A DNA stretch of 62,999 nucleotides, counting the filler, from Octopus bimaculoides (lineage: Eukaryota): assembly GCF_001194135.2 (NCBI RefSeq). It is 3 parts of 2 records of this genome, joined end to end, with 100 filler letters (N's around TTAATTAATTAA, not from the genome) between each part and the next. Parts side by side here need not be neighbours in the genome. Positions count along the whole stretch, not along the records: positions 1 to 29,021 come from NC_068982.1; 2 more parts are not named here. One strand, written 5' to 3'. A model generated the notes under the pieces. It was not told where the DNA came from. It saw only the letters and a program-made list of their open reading frames with translations, and searched no databases. A program made the translations under genes and the position numbers. Positions 1-12,340 of the stretch are shown here, in pieces; within the stretch, counting starts at the first letter, position 1, and each line of letters starts with the position of its first letter.

Positions 1-228
1 TAGAGCGAGAGAAAATCCGGAACTCTCATCTGTCGTCTGGAGCTCCCAGTTGCCAATCAAACTGTTTAACCATTTAGCCAACCATTCAGCTTCTACATCA
101 TACATATACATTCACTGCACAAGGAAGATTGATGGTTAAGCCAGAAATACTTCAAATAAGAAATGTAGACAGTCGAGAGGAATCAGTAAACTAGAATTGG
201 GTAATACTGCTCCTTGATGTCATTAAGT

Positions 229-554
229 TCTAACTCAGCTCTGCCAGTGCAAACTTATATGAAAGGTATCTCGCCATGATCTTGATTTTCAAAAACAATG
301 AACCTTGGTCAACATAATCCAAAGTTTGTTTGCAAATAGGCACTGTGTGATCTGAGGCAGGTGAGAGGAAATAGCAGATTAGATTTAGGTGATCCTTGTA
401 GTTGATGTTATTGTTTAAGTTGTAGCTCAGCTCTGATTGAACATACTTATATGTGATATACCTCGACATGATCTTGTTTTTTCTAGAACTACGAACCTTA
501 GTCAACATAATCCAAAGTTTCATTTGCAAAGTAGGTCATTTGTAAAGTGAGGCA
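229..554 (-). repeat. Diverged tandem duplication with about 190-bp period
   Basis: ctcagctctg...catgatcttg...gtcaacataatccaaagttt...tttgcaaa occurs at about 235-340 and again at about 426-530. Confidence 0.6.
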
Positions 555-639
555 TATGTGTTAAAATTTTCAAACAAGTTGAGAGAATACCTAAAGTCTT
601 AACTTATCTCAAAATGTTATAACCGCACATTAAAAGAAT

Positions 640-885
640 CAACGGTCCTTCCAGAGCCGTAGGCTCATAAGCCCGGTTTCTCGAATTCTGTGGTTTATAC
701 AACCCCTCACAGGATGGGATGCTAATACATCGCAGGATTACTCATTTTTGCCAGCTGAGTGGACTGGAACAGCATTTAATGAAGTGTTTTGTTCAAGAAC
801 ACAATACATCACTCGGTCAAGGAATCGAAACCATAATCTTATGATGATAAGTGCAACACCGTGACCACTGCACACTAGCCACGTA
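640..885 (-). mobile_element. tRNA-derived SINE fragment
   Basis: Reverse B-box-like ggaatcgaaacc and shared body gaagtgttttgttcaagaacacaa, also seen at about 13138-13230. Confidence 0.55.
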
Positions 886-1429
886 TACAATGAATTATGT
901 TACAAAATGCGAATCAGCAAACACACTGTTATTTCTATACTATATTATACTATATTGTACTATACTGACATGATTGAATCAATCTCAAATATAAACAACG
1001 GCAATCTAATATATTACAAACTGCAAACAACCAGACATTGCGTTACTTTTCTAGTACCTTGCTAACATATTTCAGTTAATCTCCAGTATAATTCTGTTGG
1101 TATTTATATTAAAAGTCATGCTAAATATTTTCTTTGCTTTGATTTCTGAATAACACATTTAATTTAGTCTTCGATAACTTAAGCATCAAGAGTTATATAA
1201 TGTAGAGATGTTTCTCAGTACCATAGCTCTTAAATGGTACTGACGAACTCCATGTATATGCTGTATTTGTTTACTTATGTCGACAATATTCATGAAAGCA
1301 TATATGCACCAATTCCGAAACATTTCTAGCTTACTGGTCAGTGAGGACACAGTTAATAGCCATTCTGTTTAAATTCTTCAGTCAGTGAGTATTTCTGAAA
1401 ACATTTAAGCCAGCAAACTTATACACATA

Positions 1430-1762
1430 AATGTGTGAGTGTATTTCTGTATGTATGTGCATATGTATATGTGCATGTGCGATGCATGTGAGTGTGTGTA
1501 TATAAGTAGATATAACATTTTAAATAGAGCTATATATAAACATGCCTGTCTATACACAACTGTGCGTGTGTGTAAACAAATACACACACATTTGTACACA
1601 CATAGTCATGTTTATATGTCGTACTTTAATATGTTGCTATATATAAAATTCTGTATCTTTATACATGTTAACACAGATAGATATATACATCTAGACATAT
1701 GTATATATTTATACACTAGTAGACACACACACATCTACATATGTGTATTTATTTGTCAAGAC

Positions 1763-1835
<73 letters not shown>

Positions 1836-1980
1836 TGTGTGTATGTGTGTATGTATTTATGTAATGCATGTGTGTGTATATATATATATATACATGCATT
1901 CATATTCGAAGGCGTATGGCGTATTTTAGCTCTTATGCGTGGGTATATGTTTGCACATGTACTTGGTAAAGTATGTATAT
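1430..1980. repeat. Compound (TA)/(TG)/(TATG) microsatellite field, representative of many in the window
   Basis: Directly visible; similar fields at about 2380-2465, 7780-8095, 8570-8740, 15990-16105, 22013-22062, 48640-48860, 55800-55925, 57000-57210 and 57873-58110. Confidence 0.95.
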
Positions 1981-4959
1981 TATATATATATAGTTTAGCC
2001 TGAAGTTAGATTAATCTCCTTAGCCAGTACAGTTTATGTCGATAACCTGCCAGTTATCTCCAAATATTTTGAATCTCTGTTGATAGATTTATATAGTTTT
2101 TTTTTCTTTCACGGAAAATTGAATTACTTCTTTCCCCAAATAATCTTCTTTACCCCACTCCTGTCTCTGTCTGTCTCCTTTTGTCAATTTCTCTTCATCT
2201 GTTTCTCTTTCTAGTTCAATCTGTTTACCTATCTTTCTCGAGACTATTTTAAATGTCTTCCTGTGTTTATCTTTGTTTACGCCCTTGGTTTTGCGGTTTG
2301 TGTGCTTATGTTGAGTGCAATTATACTTTTTATTAAGAGGTGTACGTATTCTTCACTTCTTCTGTGCTTGTTGTGTGTATGTGTGTGTGTGTGTGTGTGT
2401 GTGAGTGTGTGCGTGTGTGTATGTTTGTTTGTGTGTGTGTCTGTGTGTGTGTGTGTGCGTGTGTATGGACTGTATGTATTGTCATGCCATGTTCCCTTGC
2501 GTGTAGATGTTATCACTTTTACGCATATGTGTAACTGCATGTGTTGGCGTATTTTTATTTTCCACATATTAAGTATAAACATATAAAATATTTTGTATGT
2601 TTGTGAGTGTATGCATGTGTGCCATTCTTCGAGAAAGTGAGTACACCGGATTCAATATGTGTATTTTTGTTATTATGTCTTTGCAGGTAAGTGCTGTATT
2701 GATGTATTGTGTACTGAGATACGACTGTACAAATCTCCATATGTAAAGGTTTGCATTTGTCTTTTTGTAGTATTTTTCATAGTATAAAATGTGATTTCTG
2801 CGAATCTGTGAGTGTTAATAAATGTCTTTTTTTATATCTATATGTCGGAAATAGCTATAAATCAGCAATATTAGTGAAAAAAAAAAGAAAACCAGGTGTG
2901 GTAAGGTAAGTTCGATTTCACCTCTTCCCGACAGACTATACAGTCTGGTGAACATATTATTTCAATATATTACACGAATACACACATAAAGAGACACATA
3001 ACTAACATAAACTAATGCAACAAACTCTGGGGAATTGTATTGATTTCTTAGATATTTAAATCCTTTATTTAATTTTCCTTACTTCCGAACAGCTAAAGCA
3101 CCATATGCATCATGCCTAGAGGTAATCAGCGATAGAAAGTATCATACTATTTTGGATTCTAATTTTTAAAAATTAAATGTTTTCGTGTCCTTAAGTTGGT
3201 GCAAACTGTAGCTGATATACGAGGGTATTGATAAGTTAATTTCAACAGAGTTGAAGATATTGAAAGCCCTGAAGAGCAAAGACTTCTAGAGTTCTATTTG
3301 ACGGAACGAATATGAGACATAATTAGATACACTAAAACGCTTAATTGAAGAAAACGCTTTATCGAATAGAATTGCTAATATAAGGTCATTATTCTCAAAG
3401 GTGATATTTTTATTCTTAAATACGAATTAATTAAAATTATTTCCTGTCACTCATACAAAGACCTCCGGATCTTCTGGTTCTTGGAAGGTATTTCATCTGG
3501 AAACTGTTTGAATGAATTAAAATATCATGTGGTTTTCGTACCTGGTATCGTGTGATATTTGAGTTTAGGTGCTAGAAAACACTGCCAACTTATCAGATCG
3601 CCATTGTATCATGTAGTGATGGAATAACTGGGTGTTCTAAGGTACAAAAATTTAATCCTTTCTTTAGCAGGTATAGGTAGTTTTTGCTAGGAGTAAAATG
3701 TGAGCATAAAGAATATTCCGGAAGAATGGACTGACACTGTTAATTCACTCTAATTTTCTATTGATACTAGAGTGATATCTGCTCTTGTACTGCCTCGCTT
3801 AGGTCCACCTTATGCATTCGTTTCTCTTCTCATCACCGGAATGTTTTCTCCCACAAAGCCACTTACGAATCGAGTTTAACAGTTTTTATTCCCAAAACGT
3901 TTTTTATATGGCATTCTCTCCCAGTTCATGCTTTTCTTCCAGCCGTCAACTTCCAACTTTTCAATGGAAATGACAACTTCATCGATGTCACTGGCCTGAA
4001 GAATATACGAAGTTCGTTAGGTCACATATTTCCTTCAATTAAATCCAAAAATAAAAACCAAATAAGGAGTAGTTTTAATCTTCCGAAAAGATTTTCGTGC
4101 TCTACTATGTAAACACTTTGTTTAAAATATATTCAACACCAATCATCAATGAATGTTTTACATTCAAGAGGTCGTGTTATCTTACATAGTTTTCATTTTA
4201 TATAATGAAAGTGACTGAAAATTTTTCAAAAATGAAACATTTATATACTGTACAAAGTAGCTGATGATGGTTGAATTTACCTCATATAATTATGGATGAC
4301 AGTAATAACCGGAACGTTTTATGTATTATTGATCATAAGCATACCCTTCTGAATATTCTGTTGAATATGGTATCCATTCGACTAACTTGCAGTGTCTTGA
4401 AAGTGAACATTAACTATTCACATGTAACTAGCTAAGTAATAAGAATGACAAACAATGAGAATCAATGCATAAATGATTGCTTATAGAACTAGGTAGATCC
4501 CATCATAAAATTTCAAATCCATTTGCGAAAGAATGACATTAATCACACTTTTTAATGACTTGCTCATAATATGAAAATGTCTGGATGATAATTAAAATAT
4601 GTGATTAACAGAAGACAAGCATCTATCGAACAGCGTTGTTCTCTTTAACGATGCGAAAACAAGAAATATCCACTAAATCCACATTTAGGAATAATTATCT
4701 GCATTTGAGAATATATACCTTATATTTGAGCTCCCAAATCTCCCTCGAATAATAATGCCTAATTCCCGATAGTGCTTTTGCTGAATCAACACGATGTTTG
4801 GGCTAAATTTAACGATTTGGGTAAAAACAAAAGCAAATAATAAAAAGTAATGTTTATTACTGCTTTCATCTCTTATAGGGATTTTAGCACTAGCTACTTT
4901 GCTAGCTGCAAATAATATCTCATCCAAAAATTAAAATATTTTTAAAAATCAAAAATTTC

Positions 4960-5670
4960 ATCTAGATTATGGCCGGGAGATAACAATTTGTTCAAAGTAA
5001 CTACGCTCAACTTCCACCGCGGCCTCAAGACGGCTCCACAACCTGATGCACGTGTTCCTCGCCGTATCCAAATACCTTTTTCATCCTGGTTACCGTCCAG
5101 GCCTTGGTGTTGCAAACAGAAGTGTTGGAATCTTCCTCAATCGCGATTCAAAATCCATGGATTACAATCGGGGAAATCAGGATGCCAGAAATTGGTGCTG
5201 ATAAGGTCATAAAAATTCTCCGACGACCACTTCTGATTTTTTCTGGAGTTATGCCAAAGAGTCAAATCCCGCTGCCACACATGACCACCAGCATCACTAG
5301 GGACTTTCACGTAGTCATCTGAATTGAGCTTAAGTCTCTATTGGTCAATAGATTCCGGCGCGAGAGCACATTCAGAACGTCTGATCTGTCCCTTCTTACT
5401 AGGCAAGTCTTCGTGGTCTCCGTTGCAGCGGTTCATATCACGTCTTACAGCCTTTACAGTGTTCAAAGAGCATTTCGTATCAGTCATTTTGATACCCGTG
5501 TCGGCATTTTGATATCCGGCAACTTTTTTCCGATATGCAGATGATTTTAGTCTTGCATGTCAGCTGACTCTTTCTGAACTACAACTTTAATCTCTATGCT
5601 CTCCAACGCTGTTGACCTGAAAAAAAAAGAAGTCATACAAAATCGTAAATTTACCCTGAAGATCCTGTAA
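4960..5670 (-). mobile_element. Decayed Tc1/mariner (maT/DD37D-like) transposase fragment
   Basis: Minus strand gives NFWHPDFPDCNP (cf. WPPNSPD.NP) and the C-terminal SRLEAAVEVERSYFE; disrupted by stops and frameshifts. Confidence 0.7.
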
Positions 5671-6852
5671 TTCCAATCATTGCTTTGTCTACCAAATGCT
5701 GATTCAATTTTTCAAGTTTTCAATAATCTCCAACCCCGTTGAAATTAGTATTTTGTTGTCCCAATTCCAATAGGTCCAACGTAGTGTTGTTGTTTCTATC
5801 ATTGATATTACCACTAGCTATTGCGGTGTACTTATTCAAAAGTAAGAACAATTAACGATTTAAATATATATTAAAAGAACATCCGTCAAACTCATCAGAT
5901 TTTGTTATCCTTATATATGTTTTACTGCGTGTTGGTTCATGAGCGCACTTGTGTAGTATATTTAAACAGCATGTTCATAATACTCCCAGAAAACAGAGAA
6001 AGAACAATGCTAAATCCGGTGATGCTTCATATAACATATAACATTTTGTGAGGGAATAAGGTGAGAAAAATATGAGTGATAACATATTCAAAAATTAATA
6101 CAAATGATTGTTTAATAAGTTAAGCAGAGTCAGACAAGTATGAAAATTGACTCCTGTTTCATTAGCGCTAAAAGTGTCAGTAAGTGGGTGATACAAGATA
6201 TATATTAGTTATGAAAGAGTTTTAGTTATAGAGCGATCAAAACAATGTAAATCTATGAGTGTAACTGATATTATTCATCGTAGATGACCCATTAATTCAT
6301 CATCAAATAATAAATTAACGGGAAGTAGATATTAACCCCAAGAAATCAAAAGCCATTATTTTTCTCAGATACATAAAAAATTACTGTATGGATGTTTATC
6401 TATTAGTAAACAAACTGCTCTAATTAACTGAATAAAACATTATTATTAGCTAAGTACATAATATTTATATGAACGATTTATCATTTACAAACGGAGAGAA
6501 AGCAAAAAAAATGAACTACATATTTTTTATGAGAAAATACGATTAAGTATAATTGGCTGCTTCAAAGTTTATATTTCATTGTAAGGGGTAAGCAATAACA
6601 CAGTTCCTCAAAAACAGAATAAAAGGAAAAGACAGGAAGTGTTCTAGTCCAGGTTATTAAACTCGCAATATCTAAACAAAATATATATAGAATTCAATAT
6701 ACATTTGATCCAGAACGAAGCACTAGTCGAGTACAGAGCGGTGACAAGAAAGTGAGATGAGAAATGAATAAACGATTATCTTATGAACTTCATTAGCTTA
6801 TAGCAGTTTCTTCCATAAGATACAGTTGAGTGCCCAAGTAACCCTCTATAGC

Positions 6853-6891
<39 letters not shown>

Positions 6892-7782
6892 GCATATATT
6901 GAGAAAAAAAGCGTCGTCTATCAGCCTATCTACCTACCTATTTTTCTATCTCACCATCTCCATCGTCATGGAACCTCACAACCCAAAAACAAAAACAAAG
7001 TTCTCTTCTAACCCCCCCCCCAAAAAAAAAAAACATCTGCTTTATATAAATGAACAAGCTGTTTGTACATTCACAGAATTTTACTTGACGAGTTCTAGAA
7101 ACGAAAGCGCTAATAATAATGAAGAAATTAAAAGATTTTTTTTCCAAAGTTCTGACTACCTTTTTTTCTTAATATTCAATTTCTGTACCTCACACTTAAC
7201 ACACTATACATATATCTATATATATATTATTTAATTCACAATGTACGGATTAAACTAATCCGGTGGCACTCGTAGTAAAATTCCTTTAATGGAACAGGCT
7301 ACAAACCAAAGAGTAAACCGAAACAAAACCAAGGGGTGTAATGTTATAGGGATATCAACTGATTTAATAAATATACACGTCTTATACCTCTCCTGTTCCA
7401 TTGTGTGTGTGTCTGTGTGTGTGCGTATGTATGTATATTCAATATTGAATTAAAAGTGGTGTTAGCTTCCTAAACCGTATCGTCTGCATATATTCAATGT
7501 TTGTGTTTTGTTTGTTCGCTAGTTTGTTAAAGATTGGTGGTGCAACTCCTTCGCAACGCTTTGTGCTAAAACACCTGAAAGTCATAGAAGGCCGAGACCA
7601 CTCACCTCTGATTGACTTCTAGAGTGAGGGATGCCGATATTTTATCACTTTTGTAGCTTATCAACATCACGTACATGAATCGAACCAGAGACGAAATGAA
7701 TCGCCTGTCTACGACTATATATAAGTGGTGTAAAAACTATTTTCTGATATTCCATTGATTATGTGCAGTCGACAAGATACAC

Positions 7783-7848
<66 letters not shown>

Positions 7849-8017
7849 GTATATATATATACCTTATACATACATACATATATATACATATATACATACA
7901 CACACACACATATATATATATATATTTATATATATATGCGTTCACTATCAACTCTATCCTTGTAAAAGAATGATAATCTATATATGAGTGTGCGTGTGCA
8001 TGTGTGTGTGCATGTGT

Positions 8018-8096
<79 letters not shown>

Positions 8097-9769
8097 AACT
8101 AGTTATCTTCTGGAATATTCAGAATCGTATTTTGGGAAATATCTGAAAATATACGTCAAACGTCCATATATTTAAACCTATGTATATAAACTTTACTTAA
8201 TCTCTCTCCTGTTCAACGCTTATCAAGCTAAAAATATAGGCGTATGAAAATTTTCTGAATGTTTATGAATAATTTTGTTTTCTTCTTCGAATTTATATTT
8301 ACGGAACAGCATACATATATTCTATGCGCTAAGCGTTACCAATATATGGAAATTATTCATATTTTTAGCAGATGGATCTATACATATCCGTATATAAACA
8401 TGTCCGTGTATATGCTCATATTCGTATGCTGTAAATGTCTTATATGCAATGTCATTCCTATTACTTGAGAAAGCATCTCAATTTTACAGACTTCGAATGC
8501 GGTTAGCAAGTTTTCATATAACTGTCAACAGCTCAACAAAAACTCATTTGAAATAAGCATCCATAAACATATACACATAGACACATACATACATACATAC
8601 ATTAATACATGCATATAGCTATATATGCTCTTTATATATATATAGCTATATATGTGTATATGTATATATATATATGCATGCATACATACATACATACATA
8701 CATACATGCATACATGCATGCATGTAGGCATGCATACATCCTTCTAACGAATTTCAAATTGTGATGGAACATTAGTAAGACCGATAAAACTCCAGTACGT
8801 CTAAAGTCTACTAACTAAGTACATGCACAGAAACTTTTAATTTACTATATATGTGTATTATATGTTGTTAAGGATAAATATATTTCCCTGCAAGTTTTCT
8901 ACAAAATTGACGTTTAATAGATGTTATAACAGCGAAGGTTTGGAAGATTGCAACGTATAAAGCTCTAAACAAGCATCAGTTGTAGCTTTTTGGTGTTTTT
9001 ATAAACGGTAGACTGATATATTTGCAAGCTGTTATTCGTCCTTGTGATAGCATTTGAACATTAACTCAGTGCGTTATCTGGAATAGGCAATTTTGCTTCT
9101 TTTCTTTATTCCTGAATGTAGATTTATGCATTAAGAATCGGCTTCTCGATCAGCTTTCACATTCGACTTCGATTTCAAAATGGCCACTTGCAATCTTTTC
9201 TTCTGATTGTAAATAGTTGCATTTTTAAGCCTTTTCCGTCGATGAAATTGTTTCAAACATATTGATGCTGCATGTGGTAATTTTTTACTATAGTGCCGAG
9301 AATAAATTACAGATTACTCAAGGTAGACATAAGGTTTAACATGGTACACATATATTTCATAAATATGGAAAATGGACATTTCATATTAACAGTCGAAGGA
9401 CATTGTCCAAAATCCCAAATTTGAAGATTTTCTATATATCAAGCATGAAAGAAATGTTTACATCTTATGCCAGACATCTTTGTTAGAAATAATTTCTTTC
9501 CTTATGGAATTAGATTATACCATTATTACTGTTTCACTAGTGTGAAGGAGAATGACATGTCTGCGCAAATCAGGCGGAATATATACAACGTATTTGGGTT
9601 GGAGTTAGAAGATACATATTTATCGGTTTCTTCGTTTAAATGTACATATACAGTTCTATGGCATTGAATCATAATAAGGAACCCCTTTTTCAGTTCTATA
9701 TTTAAGAGATGAGGAATTATGTATATTATTTACATTTGACGGATATTTATCCTCATCTTGTTTGTTGTT

Positions 9770-9815
9770 AACACAACGTTTCGGCTGATATACCCTCCAG
9801 CCTTTATCAGGTGTC
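9770..9815 (-). ncRNA. Hammerhead-ribozyme-like motif, sister copy with core G8>A change
   Basis: Minus strand GACAC-CTGATAA-A-GGCTG-loop-CAGCC-GAAA-CG-TT-GTGTT. Stems I and II pair; helix III is the palindrome ACGT. Confidence 0.6.
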
Positions 9816-9863
9816 TTGGGGGAAATTTCGAACCTGGGTTCTCATTCCTAAGATATTTTTCGA

Positions 9864-9929
<66 letters not shown>

Positions 9930-10021
9930 TGTCACTGCCTGGAATAGAACTTGTAATCTTGGAGTTAAGAGCGCGGGCTACTAAACCCAAGATTCCGAGT
10001 TCGATTTCAGGTAGTGACCTA

Positions 10022-10094
<73 letters not shown>

Positions 10095-10141
10095 TCGCAA
10101 AATACCTTAGGAATGAGAATCCAGGTTCGAAATTTTCCCAA

Positions 10142-10187
10142 GAAACCTGATGAAGGCTGGAGGGTATATCGGCCGAAATTTTGTGTT
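10142..10187 (+). ncRNA. Hammerhead-ribozyme-like motif (type I, minimal helix III), partly decayed
   Basis: CTGATGA (10147-10153), extra A, stem II GGCTG/CGGCC, GAAA (10175-10178), TTTT, GTGTT. Confidence 0.6.
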
Positions 10188-10539
10188 AACAAACAAGATG
10201 AGGACAAATATCCGTCAAATGTAAATAATATAAATAATGTGTACATATACGCATACGTACTTGGATAAATACATGCAACTCAAATTGATTTAACCTTTGG
10301 TTAATACATGGATATTGCAGAGTATATTTTCCCAAATTCCACGCACAAGTGTTGACCCTGGCACTACAGATTTACATGGAGTACAAAAAATACAGGAAAC
10401 TAAGGAAAGAAGGCATGCTATTTCGACATCTGTTTCTGTGAGTTGTGAATTACATGATAGTTGTCACGTTGGCAGAAGGGGCGTGCAAAAAGTCAAGGAT
10501 ATAGATACAGTAGTGGAATGCATATAAGCATTAACGTAA

Positions 10540-11289
10540 ATCTGGCCTCCGTCTTCAAGGTGGAGAGATTGGGTTCTACAAGATCAGATCATAATGCAGA
10601 AAATATAAAAGTAGAATAGATGAAGAAAGCAAATAGAAGTTCGTTGAAGGAGGAAGTAGGTGAGGAGGAGGTGCGGTGGGGTGGAAAAGGGTTATGAGGG
10701 GTGGTGAGGAGAGTGTTGAAGCAGAGGAAGGGTAAAAAGGGATAGGAGAGGCAGAGCAAGGAGGGGGAAAGCGAGTGTCAAGGTGATTGAAAGAATAGTT
10801 GAAGTGGTGAGTAGAGAGATGAGTGAGAATGGGTGAGAATGGGTGGAATGGATAGTATTCAGAAGAGTGGCGTCGTTGTTGTGTGTGTTGACAACAGATG
10901 TTATTATTAATAAGGGATGGTGGAGGCTATAGAACTGAAGAAGAAGATCTAAGTAAGATGAGAGAACGGAGGAACAGGTATTGAAATGAAAGGAAGGGAT
11001 CTAGTTATAGATGCCGACTGGAAGGCGAAGAGAAATTATTCGAAGTCTTAAGTGGATTGGCAGCAGGGGGAGAACACTGATGTAGATAGAAAGGTATCAG
11101 TGTAAATATAGGAAGGTGAACAGAGAGGGACAAAGGGAGGGGTAAGTAGTGATTGAGTGGTTCTGGTTGAGGATGAAAGGAGGGGGAGCAGGTGGGGAAG
11201 GAATTCATGGATGAGAGTGGGGTGGTGGCATAGAAGGATCTGCTATGTAGGAGAAATGTGCGAAGAGAATCGATATATATATATATATA

Positions 11290-11326
<37 letters not shown>

Positions 11327-11890
11327 AGAGAGAACGAGAAGTATGAACAGAAGCGATATGTTGCTAGCATGGCTAAGTTGTGATTTAAGGCTGTATCGTA
11401 AATTTTGTGTTTGCATGAAAGGATCTATTGAGTAATGAGGGGTCATGAGGCGGGGGGTGGCGAGTGATACCCTTAAACACAGTTCACAAACTCTGAGGTT
11501 AGTATTGTACGGGGGAGCCTCGAGGATATTGTACTAGCATAGGGTATAGGGAATATTTTGGAACCTGAGTTCCTGTAAGTTGCTAGAGAGGTCGATAGTT
11601 TAGAGATTCAATTGGAGAAATAATACATGTGTTCGGTAGCGGCGCTTAAAATCGACTGTGCTGTCAATATAGACCCTTGCCTGGTTGGAAAGTGGGGGGT
11701 TTTTTATCCGCTATTTACAGAATACACTATTGAGTAGACAGAAACTTCCGTGTGGACTGAGCTAGGCGTCCCGGCAATTTCAAGTTTCCAACTGGCCCTG
11801 AGATTGGAGTTAATCCCTGCAAAGGTCTGATTGGTATAGTCAGTTACTCCCAAATTACCGGAGGAATTATCGGTACAGGTGTTGAACTGG
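10540..11890 (-). mobile_element. Penelope-like element fragment with decayed GIY-YIG endonuclease
   Basis: Minus frame about 11760-11400: CLLNSVFCK*RIKNPP...RVYIDST.DFKRRYRTH...LSSNLQELR..NIPYTL...APPYNTNLRVCELCL, the pattern of the Penelope endonuclease. Confidence 0.75.
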
Positions 11891-12094
11891 AGATGCTTTC
11901 TCCACTGTTATATGTGGTCATGTTAATAGTAGTATGGGAAATATCATTACGGTTGATATTACTGAATCGGGTAGAGTTTCATAGGGTTGAATTATTGTTA
12001 CCAGGTGGGCTGATACACTCCATACAGCCAACGGTTTATTTCGACCGTCAGTTGAACACACCCAGAAAACCTTCCATATATTCTTTAAAAAATT

Positions 12095-12340
12095 TAACTT
12101 GACTGTCTCTTTTGAAGACGACACCAATGTACCTAATTTATTAGATATCACCAATGAGTTAGGTGCAAAAGTATATTACCCTTTCCATAGATCTAATGAA
12201 TCACTACAATATATCAACTTCCTATCCACTCACCCTGCACTTACCCATAATAGTATCGTCACGGGTATCTCCATTAGAATTTCTCTTTTAGCAAATGAAA
12301 ACATCTTTAACAAGCGCCCACCACACCCCCATTCTATAAC
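12095..12340 (+). mobile_element. Penelope-like reverse transcriptase C-terminal fragment
   Basis: PNLLDITNELGAKVYYPFHRSNESLQYINFLSTHP...ISIRISLLANENIFNK resembles the PLE RT thumb region. Confidence 0.7.

Larger units (their letters stand above)
9724..10230. mobile_element. Inverted (head-to-head) dimer of a tRNA-headed SINE-like element: tRNA-like head, (AAT)n, then a tail with a hammerhead-like motif
   Basis: 9724-9962 is the reverse complement of about 9990-10230 (attatttacatttgacggatattt... vs ...aaatatccgtcaaatgtaaataat). B-box-like GTTCGATTT at about 9999-10007. Confidence 0.85.

Noticed and set aside
1405-2586. Many ORFs in the track rich in CV, HT, YI, MYVC, poly-L/I/N/D runs, here and throughout the window
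   Set aside because: They are translations of microsatellites, with no domain signal or splice structure.
3130-4020. Coding-looking minus-strand frame with few stops
   Set aside because: About 6 stops in 145 codons and no recognisable motif; cannot be distinguished from chance without a search.
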